Of a stretch of 64,000 bases of DNA, positions 31,605 to 64,000 are shown piece after piece (position 1 is the stretch's first letter; each line of letters begins with the position of its first letter). The DNA comes from the human T2T-CHM13v2.0 reference genome, Homo sapiens. The notes under the pieces are model-generated. The model was given only the letters and a program-made list of their open reading frames with translations. It had not been told where the DNA came from and ran no database searches. A program made the translations under genes and the position numbers. The DNA lies in NCBI RefSeq assembly GCF_009914755.1, contig NC_060945.1; one strand, written 5' to 3'.

Positions 31605-32249
31605 TCCCGAGACCAGCTCGGTCAGGGAGACCCTAACCCAGCGGCACTAGAGGAATTAAAGACACACACACAGAAATATAGAGGTGTGAAGTGGGAAATC
31701 AGGGGTCTCACAGCCTCCAGAGCTGAGAGCCCCGAACAGAGATTTACCCACGTATTTATTAACAGCAAAGCAGTCATTAGCATTGTTTCTATAGATATTA
31801 AATTAACTAAAATTTTCTAAATTTTAACTAAAATTAACTAACTAAATTAACTAAAAGTTTCTATAGATATTAAATTAACTAAAAGTATCCCTTATGAGAA
31901 ACGAAGGGATGGGCCGAATTAAAGGAATAGAATAGAATTAAAGGATAGAATAGAATTAAAGGAATAGAATAGAAGGGATGGGCCGAATTAAAGGGCTAGT
32001 TAACTGCAGCAGGAGGATGCCCTTAAGGCATAAATCGCTCATGCTATTGTTTGTGGCTTAAGAATGCCTTTAAGAGGTTTTCCTGCCCTGGGTGGGCCAG
32101 GTGTCCCTTGCCCTCATTCCCGTAAGCCCACAACCTTCCAGCTTGGGCATTAGGGCCATTACGAACGTGTCACAGTGCTGCAGAGATTTTGTTTGTGGCC
32201 AGTCTTGGGGCCAGTTTATGGCTGGATTTTGGGGGGCTTGCTCCCAACA
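31605..32249 (-). mobile_element. MER9 solo LTR (HERV-K9/HML-3)
   Basis: CCAGCTCGGTCAGGGAGACCCTAACCCAGCGGCACTAGAGGAATTAAAGACACACAC...GGGGCTTGCTCCCAACA; 6-bp TSD tcttgg/acttgg. Confidence 0.85.
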
Positions 32250-32402
32250 ACTTGGAATGGCACTTGAAGGGTTCCAGGAGCTTTGGATGATTGGCAGGGG
32301 AGAAGGGGGAAGGTAGGGTGGGTGCGGGGTAAATAAGAGAGGCAAAGAGCATCAGATGGAATCAACTCTGCCTGGGAGCTTGCCCTTAGTGGCTGGACCT
32401 GA

Positions 32403-32990
<588 letters not shown>

Positions 32991-33394
32991 CTTGTACTGG
33001 TACCACCTTAGAGTGTGGCAGGGGCAATGGAAGAGCAGCATGGCCCAGGCATGGGGGCTCTGAGCTGTGGGCAATGGTGTCAGGTGAGCGTGAGGCCAAG
33101 TGGGCCAAGCCAGTCCTGATACACAGGGCAGAGCCCCAGCTCCTACCTTTACCCAACATCAGGCAGGCATTGCCAAAACTTCAGCTAAGCCTTCTTCAGC
33201 TCTGCTGCAGCTCAAGGGATGAAAAGCTAGATTAGGCAACTGGGCTGGCAAGGTGAGGACAAGAGGAAGGAAAGGGAGAAGGAAGCCCAGAAGGTTGGAG
33301 CTGGGAAGCAGGGAGAAACCTGGGGCCTGGGAGGGCAAAAGAATGAAGGGCTTCAAAGGGGTGGTGAGATCAGATGACATCGCTGAAACCATGT

Positions 33395-33765
33395 GATGTG
33401 GTTTGGCTGTGTCCCCACCCAAAATCTCAACTTGAATTATAATCTGAATTATAATCCCCATGTGTTGGGGGAAGGACCTGGTGGGAAGTGATTGGATCAT
33501 AAGGGCGGTTGCCTCATGCTGTTCTTGTGGCAGCGAGTTCTCGTGCGATGTGCTGGTTTTATAAGAGACCTTCCCCACTTCACTCTGCACTTCCCTCTCC
33601 TGCTGCCATGTGAAGAAGGACGTGTTTGCTTCCCCTTCCTCTATGATTGTAAGTTTCCTGAGGCTTCCCCAGCAATGCAGAACTGTGAGTCAATTAAGCC
33701 TCTTTCCTTTATACATTACCCAGTCTCAGGCAGTTGTTTAAAGCAGCGTGAGAATGAACTAATAC
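33395..33765 (+). mobile_element. THE1/MSTA solo LTR, full length
   Basis: TGATGTGGTTTGGCTGTGTCCCCACCC...TTTTATAAG...CCCCAGCAATGCAGAACT|GTGAGT...GAACTAATAC. Confidence 0.88.
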
Positions 33766-33904
33766 GCTGTGGAAACCAAGTGAAATGATTTGAGCTCCCA
33801 AGGAGAGATGGCAGCAGGGATAGCCAAACCCTGGGGCAGTGCCCACTCTGAAGACAGAGCCCTGGCTGTGCCTCCCTATGGGAAGCAGCTAGGGAGGTTT
33901 TGTT

Positions 33905-34854
<950 letters not shown>

Positions 34855-34864
34855 CTAAGTTAAC

Positions 34865-34959
34865 AATACAGATGACAGCCCACGATACAGATGACAGCCC
34901 ACAATACAGATGACAGCCCACAATACAGATGACAGCCCACAATACAGATGACAGCCCAC
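34865..34959. repeat. Minisatellite, 5 x 19 bp (AATACAGATGACAGCCCAC)
   Basis: Five head-to-tail copies, one substitution. Confidence 0.97.
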
Positions 34960-35622
34960 TTTAACCAGGACTTGCTGGAGGGTTGGGGCTGTCTCCTAAG
35001 CCGCTGGGCATAAGGGCTTTGAGCTTCTGTGAAGCGTGAATCACTGAGTGTGAGTCGCTGAGCTGATTATTCTCCGTGCCCTCCTTATGCTTTCTTCCTC
35101 CTTCCCAGCCCTGCTCTGCACCCTGTGGGCTTGACCTCTGTGGACACATTTTCTGAGTTTCTTTCCCCTTTGTCTTCCTGTGGGTTTGGCTAATGAGAGG
35201 CCCTGAGAAGAAGTCGGAGGGCAAGAGAAGCAGCTGGGGTCTTTCTTCCCCGTCCCTCCCTACTTCTTGTAGTGATGCTGCCTGTGGCTTGGGGCTCTTC
35301 CTCCCCAGATCCGGCTCTCACCCAGCTCAGTCACGCTCTCTCCTCCCCTGACCTCTACTACAGTGAGTGGTGCCGAGGGGCTTCACCGTCCCACTTTGTA
35401 AAAATTAGCCCCGCACGCTAGTTTGTAAACAAACGCTCTGTTGAATTCTTTCCAGAATTCCATTTGAGTGTGCCTAAGGGTGCCCTGCTTGAGCTATGAT
35501 GCTACAGATATCCCCATGAGAAATTTCTATCCGTGGGCAAGGGCAGCAAGGGGTCACGGGATCGTGGTGTGATTTCTCTGCCTTAAATTAGTTCCTAATA
35601 TGTTGTAATATTGTTGATGTCA

Positions 35623-36862
<1,240 letters not shown>

Positions 36863-36872
36863 AAGTTTCTTT

Positions 36873-39623
<2,751 letters not shown>

Positions 39624-39768
39624 GGAACTTAGTTTTAAAGAATACATGCCTGTAAGGCTGGAATTTAGTATTGCCAAAATTACTCTTATGAATCTTTGGT
39701 TCTCAATAAGGTCTGGTGTATGGAGCCATCTTTACACAATATGTTGTTGGGTGGCATGTCAACCCAAA

Positions 39769-39967
39769 AATAGTCCTTTTCTCCGCTCTTAGAGATGAAC
39801 ATATTGCTGTTTCTGTGTGTTTGTTTTCAGTTGAGCATCAGTTGAAGGAATTGCTTGGTTATGTAGGGCCTTGTTGTATCAAAAATACGTACTTACAATA
39901 GCAGAATCAACTCACAAGGTGAGATGCTCACACCATGAGTGGTATCTACAGACTGACAGTGTGTGAA
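39769..39967 (+). repeat. Copy 2 of the ~197-bp direct repeat
   Basis: Aligns to 36873-37068. Confidence 0.92.
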
Positions 39968-40309
39968 GGAATTTTGGATTCAAATCTCTAGTCTTCCTCC
40001 TACTACAGGGTATAAAATTGTTGATAGGAAGAGCAGACAAAATCTCTTTTATGATGTAAACTCATATTCTCTCCCTCTCTCTGCCTCTGCCCTCAACATG
40101 CATATATATAGTTGATTTAAGTTATATGTAAATGTAAGCTGGGTGCAACTCTCCTGTCCAGTAAGAATGAGGGCCTGGCCTACTGTCAGATTTCACTAAA
40201 CACATTTCTGGACAGTGGTGTGCATTAAGAGGTCTCTTCATAACCCTCCCCAAACGAGTCTTCAGTCATTTGAGTTTGCATAGCAATGTGAAAGAGACCA
40301 CTCTCTTCC

Positions 40310-41972
<1,663 letters not shown>

Positions 41973-42084
41973 TGAGTTTGACTACTTTAGTTACCACATG
42001 TAAGTGCAATCATGCAGTATTTGTCCTTTTGTGACTGGCTTATGTCACTAAGCATAATGTCCTCAAGCTTCATCCATATTGTAG

Positions 42085-44400
<2,316 letters not shown>

Positions 44401-44889
44401 TATGTAACTAGAGCTTGCATTCACCCACCATGTGAGTGGTTCCTAAGACTTTAATTTTGAGAAATGGCTTCTACTCAGGCTCCAGGTCCTTATTCTTCAG
44501 CCCCGACCCATCTTTCCTCCCTGTAGACACTTCCTTCCATCTAAACCGCCACGGCAGCCTCCTTCAGCACACAGATAACATCCTCCTCACTGAGTGGGCA
44601 GGAAAGGAGGTTCAAAGAATGAAGTGGTTTACCCAGCCAGTAAATGGAGAATCCAAGACTAGAGACCATCTGTTCATTTTTGTTTGTTTGCATTTTTTTC
44701 CTTTCTTTTCTTTATTCTTTCTTTCTTTTTCATTTCCTTTCTTCCTTCCTTTTCTTCCTTCCTCTTTCTTTTTTTCTTTCTTCTTTCTCTTCTTTCTCTT
44801 TCTTTTCTTGCTCTCTTTCTTCTTTCTTGTTGTTGTTTTTGTTGAGACCATGTGCTCAGATTCCTAGTACATGACTATAAAGTTAGGAA

Positions 44890-45475
44890 AGAGCCCCCAA
44901 GACCACTTTCCCCTCTGATACCAATTTAAAGTTTAGGGGTCCCCACAACCACCTTCAAGTTCAATAATCCACTTGGTGGACTCGCAGAACGTACTGAAAG
45001 CTATTATACTTATACTTACAGTTTATCATAGCAAAAGGACACAGATTAACATCAGCCAAGGGAAGACACACATAGGGCAGTGTCCAGGAGAGCTTCCAGC
45101 AGTCCTCTCCCAGTGGAGTAATGGACTCCTTCTGGAAACTATATGCACGGACTATATACATGGAGTATTGCCAACCAAGGAAACTCACCAGGCTGTTGGT
45201 GTCCAGAGTGTATAGTAGGGCTTGGTCTTGTGGACATGGCTGGCTTGACCTTAGTCTATTCCTTCAGGGGTCAAGCTGATATGGTGTGGCCAAATCTCCC
45301 ACCATAAATCACATTGGTCTAACATGTTGTGTCTGTTTGGCATGGCCCATGGCCTCCAGGTAAACACAGTGCTATTATCAAGCAGGACATCTAAGGGCTT
45401 AGAGATCACCTCCCAAGAGCCAAGGGCAAAGCCCAGATCTCACTTCAAGTAAGCTTAAAATTCTTTACTACACAA
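44890..45475. mobile_element. MER21/MER77-type LTR
   Basis: GGGGTCCCCACAACCACC...GGACACAGATTAACATCAGCCAAGGGAAGA...TTCTTTACTACACA. Confidence 0.65.
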
Positions 45476-46746
45476 CACCCTTTCCTTGTTACAGGAGAGT
45501 GGGGGTGCCCTGCTGGCCCTCACAGAGGAAGAGCTCATAACTCATAACCCACAAAACTGTAATGAAGGGCAATCCCATCCGACTGAAAAATGGGACTGGA
45601 AACAGGCACTGAACATTCCAGAAGGAAAGAGAGGGGCACAGGGGAGCGCGTAAGTGGATTTAATGATGGCTAGTCTACAAGAAAAAGTGCAATCGATTCA
45701 GGTTATTGAAAATTCACCCCCAATATTTTCCTCTACTCATCAAACGTGGAAGAAAGGGGCTCATTGGAGCTTGCTCATGGCTCGCATCAGGGCCAGCCGG
45801 CCTGTCTTGTTCTCTGATTATAACATCAAGGACCCCTAGGTGGTGCTGATTTCTAGCTTGGGTGGCAAATAGTTAACAACAACAAAAAAGGAATCTGAAA
45901 GTTCAGCAAACCTCTTCTTTTTTTTTCAAACTTTTTTGTTTTTGATTAAGCACATTCCACAGTACAAAGCTGTCATGAATAATATCTGTACAATTGAACA
46001 GTTTCAATAGCTGTTCAGACACAAATTTATTTCAAACAAATAATTGGCAAACATAATTAACTACAAGTTAGAATTAGACTATCCCAGTGCTTTAAAACAT
46101 TAATATAGCAGTAATTTACATTTGCTCAATTATGGTTAGCAAAATAAAGTCCAGAGTATGGCTGGGAATTTACTATTATAATCCCAGAAAGTCAGAATTC
46201 CTTGGGTGCCAAAGTCCCTTGCTATAATTTAGTAGGAACAATTCAAAGGTTGTGTACATATTCAAAGGCCATGATCTCCCAAGGAACAAGGGGGACTTCT
46301 ATATTAAACAAGCAAAAACAACAAAAAATCTATTCATTCATTCCGAATTGTCTCCTCCTCTGCCCCTACCTTCCCCCTGGGCTTTCCTGAGCAGTTTGAT
46401 ATTGAAGTTGTAGGACGAAAAGAGGTCAAAACTAAATCACTTTCACAACCACCATCAAGCTTACAACATCTGCCTTATGAATGGAGGTTTATTGTTTACG
46501 CTTTGAGACTCAACTTCTCAAAAACATAAATTAGTAACATGGGAAGGAAGGATTTTTTTTAAGAAAAACTAAAAAAGCAAAGCCAACTCGATAAATCACA
46601 TACACACACATTGATCCCCACACCGTTCTCAATGCAAAGGACAAATCGGAGCCCAAGGACCTTCCCTTTAGTAGTAGAGCATGCTTCCACAGGAAGAGGT
46701 TTAATTTATAGGAGGCTGTTTATTGGTCCTTTAAAATGCTATTGAT

Positions 46747-47040
46747 GGCCGGGCACGGTGGCTCCCAAAGTAATCCCAGCACTTTGGGAGCCTGAGGCAG
46801 GCGGATCACAAGGTCAGGAGTTCGAGACCAGTTCGGTCAATATAGTGAAACCCCGTCTCTATTAAAAATGCAAAAATTAGCTGGGTGTGGTGGCACGTGC
46901 CTGTAGTCCCAGCTACTTGGGAGGCTGAGGCAGGAGAATCACTTGAACCTGGAGGTGAGGAGGTTGCAGCGATCTGAGATTGCGCCACTGCACTCCAGCC
47001 CGGGCTACAATGCGAGACTCTGTCTCAAAAAAAAAAAAAA
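46747..47040 (+). mobile_element. AluS inserted in the pseudogene 3'UTR
   Basis: Full Alu with degenerate TSD aaaatgctattga / aaaagttattga. Confidence 0.9.
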
Positions 47041-47125
47041 GTTATTGACATTCCTTGATCTTTGGAAACAACGGCAAAGGGCAAATCAAACCTAATATTG
47101 AATAAGGGAGAAGGAGTGCCAACTG

Positions 47126-47211
47126 GATGCCAATGTCCTTTCCATGCACTGTCAGGGTGATAGTGCCAGATGCCAACGTCCTTTCCATGCACCATCAGGG
47201 AGACAGTGCCA
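47126..47211. repeat. 43-bp tandem duplication (2 copies) in the pseudogene 3'UTR
   Basis: gatgccaaYgtcctttccatgcac...caggg.ga.agtgcca twice. Confidence 0.85.
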
Positions 47212-48029
47212 TTTACACATTTGGGCTGTGTACTCGGGAGTACTCGGGAGCTTTGAGAACCTGCTGAGGCCGCAGCAGCACGTGACACCAGAGATGACTG
47301 GGGTGGGATTCATGGACTTGAGGCTTTACACCACTTAGGAGTGCCCTCCCCTCAGCATGGACCTCTGAACCAGCCTGACCTGACCTGCAGGCTCCAACAC
47401 ACCAGCGGGCCCTGCCAGAACCTTGGCAAGGACAGGATGCATGAATTCCAGAGCCAGGACAGCCCGTCAATAGGGCCTTATTATTTCCCCTTCCCAGGGC
47501 CACAACTGCACAGAATAATGATTTTTGACAGTGAAGCCAAATGAATACTACGGGAAGTGACCACTAGTACTCAGGAGTACTTATGAGAAAAAGAATAAGA
47601 ACAAAAATGTTTAAGTTACCTCTCTATTGTATAATATATACTGTACAACAAATAAAACATTCATGTTCAACTTTAGAAATTACATTTTAAAACAAGATTC
47701 TCCTTAAAAACACACACAAACCACACACACAATGACAACAAAATAAAAACACTGTAGGAATACTGCAGGAAGGGTTCCAGGTAATCCACATCAACCCTGG
47801 TATCAGGTTCTTGAGTCCAGTCCATGGCTAAGCGCGAACACACTCTGTATTAGTGTCTCAAGTGCAGGGGGCCCTGACCCCAGCAACTTTGAAGTTAAAC
47901 TGTTATGTACATTATATCTACATGTGAATACAGTATTTTAAATTAGGAGGCAAGCACACATATAAAGGTGTTACTCTACCAAATATCAGGAGATGGTTGC
48001 GGTTCAGAGAACAGTTAATAAAAGGGCTA

Positions 48030-48123
48030 ACCCCCATGGCACGTGTATACCTATGTAACAAAAGTGCACGTTCTGCACATGTATTCCAGAACTTAAAATA
48101 TAATTTAAAAAAATTAAAAATAA
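48030..48123 (+). mobile_element. 5'-truncated L1PA 3' end (~95 bp) inserted in the pseudogene 3'UTR
   Basis: CATGGCACGTGTATACCTATGTAACAAA...GCACATGTATTCCAGAACTTAAA plus A-tail; TSD aataaaagggcta / aataaaagagcta. Confidence 0.85.
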
Positions 48124-48156
48124 AATAAAAGAGCTATGTTGGGAGATAATAACTGA

Positions 48157-48470
<314 letters not shown>

Positions 48471-50635
48471 AACTGACTTACAGTTCTTTAAATTAAAAGA
48501 AATTGGTATAGAAAGGAAGTATAATCCAAAACATATTACTAAAACGACCCAGAGAGATTTTTCCATTGTCCAACATGTTCCTAATACAGCAAGTCAAAAT
48601 TCATAATGACTTGGACGGTCAAAAGGAGAATGTTAACTTTTGAAAATGAAAGCCGTGGACATTCTGAGTAGGTGTTTGGCACCCAAAATTTCACTGAAGA
48701 AGAATGCTGTTTCTTAGTATCAAACCAAAGTGCAAAGCAATATAAATTAGAGGCCAAGACTTCTCTTGGCGTCAATTTACTTCTGTAAAACAGATTCTAT
48801 GTTCCTTTTCTATGATCAGTTTACATTTGAAACATTAGATTTTTTCACTAATGAGGGAAGGAAATGGGCTTCTGTGCTACTTTCAAGTCAGTGAAGCTAA
48901 GGTCTCCTTCTCAAAGTAGAGCTGGAATCAGAGGTGAGAAATGTCGGGACTTGAAGAGTTAGGCTGCTTTGCATCTACCCAGCGTCTAGAACCAATTCCA
49001 GCTTCATAACTCAGCTGTGAACGAACTCCCTTAGGCATTGGTAGCCACGTAGCCAGTAGTTCAAGACTAGAAAACCCGGAAACGGGTGAAAGTGCAGACT
49101 GTTATCTAGAGATGTAAGTGTATGTTCTGGAGGGGGAATGGGTCTCATTCTGGGCACTGGGAGGCACATTTAAGAAACCACAAATCAAAATAGTGTCATC
49201 ATGGGAGCTGCTGACGATTTGAAACTCATCAAACTGTAGGCAAAACACATGTCCAGAATGTTCCACCAATGTGCGCAAACACAATGTGCTTGCTGGGGCT
49301 CGAGGGTCAAGAGCGGCTTGCAAGTCCTAAACTTTAATTTTCCCATCATAGGCCCGGCTGACCATCCTCTTGTTATCAAACTGGATGCATCGGACCAATT
49401 CTTCATGTCCCTCTAGGACTCTTAAACAGGAGCCACATTCAATATCCAAGAGCCTAATGGTATGATCTGATGATCCACTAACAACCAGCCCATCCCTGTA
49501 CTGGAGACAAGACTCGCTTGTGCCCATTGAGAGTACGAGCAAATTCACAGGTGCTCATGCTCCAGACTTTGATGGTCCTGTCACCAGAGGCAGACACGAT
49601 GTATTTCTCGTCAAAGTCTACTACGTTGACAGCAGCTCAGTGGACAACCAGGACACCACGTAAAGTGATATCGGTCGCAGAAGCCATGTCCCACACAGCA
49701 ATGGAGCGGTCCTTGGAACAGGTCACCATCAGTCCACTGCTGAAGCGTAAGTGCAGTACATCCTCATTGTGGTGGATTAATGTGTTAAGAACTTCACCCG
49801 TGTTCACTTCCCACACTCTCACCGTAGAATCCGAAGAGCCAGTTACAATGACACGCTCATCCTACTGCAGATAGAGGACAGAACCTGTGTGGCCATTAAC
49901 ACTTTCAAACATTCCAGGCTGGTTTTATCCCAAATCTTAATTATCTTGTAGGCCACTGATAATTTTTTCATCATCGTACTGTAAACCATAGACACCTTTA
50001 CTATTTTCAGAGTGGTACTGAATCCTCTGCAAGCTGTGTCGGCCACACCGCTAGGTGGATTCTATAGTCTCTATATCCTGGATAATGTTTGGGTATAATG
50101 ACCTATAAAATGAATTTGGAGGGCTAGATATGGGTCTGTTTTGAAACAGGTACTGATCCCACCCTCTTCTTTCTGAAAGTCCTTTCCATAGGGGATCAGT
50201 GTGTACCATTCGTTCAATCAGCTTCTTCCAAAGCATTCATTCTGAGATCAATCCCTGCCATCCTTTACATACCAGCTCTGCTGCACACAGAGACCTGGTA
50301 ACCAGGTACAAAAGAATGTTTTCTGCTATGTGATCTAAGCCTTGCTCGGGTAAAGCAGTAATAAAGTCCTGCTGCAACATGGGCTTCAGGTAAGAGTTGA
50401 TACGTCCATGGTGATAATGACACATTCGTGAAATAAGATGTTCCACAAATTCCAACTGATCTGATTCAGACCCCTGGTTAAAATATTGAATATACAAGTC
50501 TTTTTCTTTTTGGTAGTTTCCTTCTGATGGCCTCTTTCTGGAGATGATCACAAATGATGTTCCATTACTTATCTGCCAAGGAGTATTTTTCTTTGGGGAC
50601 TTATCTTCATCTTGATCTTCCAGAACTGAAGTGTT

Positions 50636-50774
50636 AGTTCCACATGGCTGGGGAGGCCTCATAATCACGGCAGAAGGCAAGGAGGAGCAGGTCACATCTT
50701 ACGTGCAATGGCAGCAAGCAAAGAGAGAGAAGCTTGTGCAGGGAAACTCCCCTTTTTTAAAAACATCCGATCTC
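50636..50774 (-). mobile_element. THE1 (THE1C/D-like) MaLR LTR fragment fused to the 5' end of the FBXW11 retrocopy
   Basis: Minus strand reads GAGATCGGATGTTTTTAAAAAAGGGGAGTTTCCCTGCACAAGC...GAGGCCTCCCCAGCCATGTGGAACT, matching the THE1 LTR up to its GT(A/G)AGT donor. Compare the related full LTR at 33395-33765. Confidence 0.9.
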
Positions 50775-50776
50775 AA

Positions 50777-52569
<1,793 letters not shown>

Positions 52570-52789
52570 CTAGCTTTCAGTTCTGGAGGAAAAAATTCTC
52601 TAGGAACTGAAAATCTTAACTTAGTCTCCATGATAACTGAATCTTACCTCTTGTAAAATTTGCCTTAATAGTATTTTTAATAGTTAAAGCATTTAAAATT
52701 TTTATGTTGGATTTATTTTATTTCATTTTGGAACTCGGGTTCCAAAGGTAGATTTAATCATACTCCTCAATTTGTGGCACACTTAAAAA

Positions 52790-56700
<3,911 letters not shown>

Positions 56701-56707
56701 ATTTACC

Positions 56708-62690
<5,983 letters not shown>

Positions 62691-62801
62691 ATATGTTGAA
62701 TTGTGTCCCCTAAAAAGATAAGTTTAAGTCCTAATCCATGGCATACTTGCGAATGTGACCTTACTTGGAAATACAGTCTGTGCAGATGTGATTAGTTAAG
62801 A

Positions 62802-62982
62802 CAATGGTCCCCAACCTTTTTTGCACCAGGGACTGATATGAGAATCTAATGCTGCCACTGATTTGACAGGAGGCGGAGTTCAGGTGGTAATACTTGTCAC
62901 CACTCACCTCCTGCCATGTGGCCCGGTTCCTAGCAGTCCACAGACTGGTACTGGTCTGCAGCCCAGGGATTGGGGACCCTTG
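62802..62982. mobile_element. Internally deleted MER1B
   Basis: Termini CAATGGTCCCCAACC / TTGGGGACCCTTG; perfect 8-bp TSD agttaaga. Confidence 0.85.
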
Positions 62983-63001
62983 AGTTAAGATGAGGGCATA
63001 T

Positions 63002-63957
63002 TGATATGGCTCCGATGAGTGGAGGAACACAAGGGTTCTTGGTCCTCATGCCGGTTTAGATAAAACAACATGGACACAAGTGGAGTGGTTTTTTTTTTTG
63101 TTGTTTTTTTTTGTTTTGTTTTTTTTTGAGACGGAGTCTCGCTGTCGCCCAGGCTGGAGTGCAGTGGCGCAATCTCGGCTCACTGCAGGCTCCGCCCCCT
63201 GGGGTTCACGCCATTCTCCTGCCTCAGCCTCCCGAGTAGCTGGGACTACAGGCGCCCGCCACCTCGCCCGGCTAATTTTTTGTATTTTTAGTAGAGACGG
63301 GGTTTCACCGTGTTAGCCAGGATGGTCTCGATCTCCTGACCTCGTGATCCGCCCGCCTCGGCCTCCCAAAGTGCTGGGATTACAGGCGTGAGCCACCGCG
63401 CCCGGCCGTGGAGTGGTTTTAATAGGCAAGTTTAATAGGCAAGAAGGGAGAAGGCAGAAGGAAGAAGCTCCCTCGTACAGAGACAAGAGGCAGAGAGGCT
63501 CCAAAGCCGAAAGAGTAGACACCAAGTGGAGTGAAAACCAGCTAAGTTTATATAGAGGCTGGAGGAGGCGGTGTCTGATTTGCACAGGGCTCAGGGGATT
63601 GGTTTGACCAGGCATGTCATTCACGCAGCCCGGGAAAAAGCTGGTCCACCCACCCTAGCCTTTTAATATGCAAATGCAGAGCACCATGATGTTCTACACA
63701 CGTGGGGATACGTGGGGGCGGCCATGTTTGCCAGGCACTTGTGGGGCAAGGGCAAGAAGAAGAGGGTGGGAATTGTCATGTTTGGGTAGACCCAGTTTCT
63801 AATGGCCAGCATGTGCATATCAAAGGTTGCTGGCCTGGCTCTAAGAGCCTGGGCTTGACAAGAAACCTTTCTGGAACAGCTTTAAAAATGAAAACTTCCC
63901 AAGGACCCCTTTTCCTCTCTATCTGCCTAAAATAATTTCTTAATAACTCCTACCACA
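63002..63957 (-). mobile_element. LTR9-family ERV1 solo LTR
   Basis: Minus strand starts TGTGGTAGGAGTTATTAAGAAATTATTTTAGGCAGATAGAGAGGAAAAGGGGTCCTTGGGAAG; octamer ATGCAAAT at ~63668. Confidence 0.8.
63093..63407 (-). mobile_element. Young AluY (AluYk11/Yk12-type)
   Basis: Diagnostic GAACCCCAGGGGGCGGAGCCTGCAG and GGGCGACAGCGAGAC; CpGs intact; perfect TSD gtggagtggtttt (63080-63092, 63408-63420). Confidence 0.88.
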
Positions 63958-64000
63958 ATACGGGATTAGAGTTGACCCTAAACCCAATGATGGGTGTCCT

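Noticed and set aside
34865-34959. CRISPR-like array
   Set aside because: Head-to-tail repeats with no spacers, in mammalian DNA.
45860-45930. Retrocopy inserted into a pre-existing THE1 LTR
   Set aside because: The remaining LTR 3' part (GTAAGT...CTAATACA) is absent beyond the poly(A) end.
49518-49874. 118-aa plus-strand ORF
   Set aside because: Antisense shadow of the WD40 coding remnant.
49102-50695. A functional FBXW11 or BTRC gene
   Set aside because: Intronless, with 5 stops, 3 frameshifts, a poly(A) remnant and no canonical exon 1; the peptide matches FBXW11 rather than BTRC.

Overview
Primate (almost certainly human) intergenic DNA, very Alu-dense (about 70 Alu copies or fragments), with many MaLR/ERV LTRs, old L1, MIR, L2/CR1 and hAT fossils. 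There is no intact protein-coding gene. The one gene-derived element is a ~4.7 kb minus-strand processed pseudogene of FBXW11 (beta-TrCP2). It has an intronless CDS with 5 stops and 3 frameshifts, a long 3'UTR and a poly(A) remnant. From memory this matches FBXW11P1 on chr21q22.11 near SOD1/TIAM1; I could not verify that here. Main finding: the retrocopy lacks the normal FBXW11 first exon. Instead, a THE1 (MaLR) LTR fragment ends exactly at the LTR's splice donor and joins exactly to the first base of an internal FBXW11 exon, with an in-frame LTR-derived ATG. It looks like a fossil of an LTR-spliced chimeric FBXW11 germline mRNA. Other items: a ~200-bp inverted repeat next to a strong CTCF motif, a 56-bp hairpin, a duplicated exon-like unit, template-switch scars in a MER9 LTR, a truncated SVA in an Alu tail, and a pristine AluYk12-type insertion. 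Repeat family names are from recall of consensus sequences, not from RepeatMasker, and TE boundaries are approximate.
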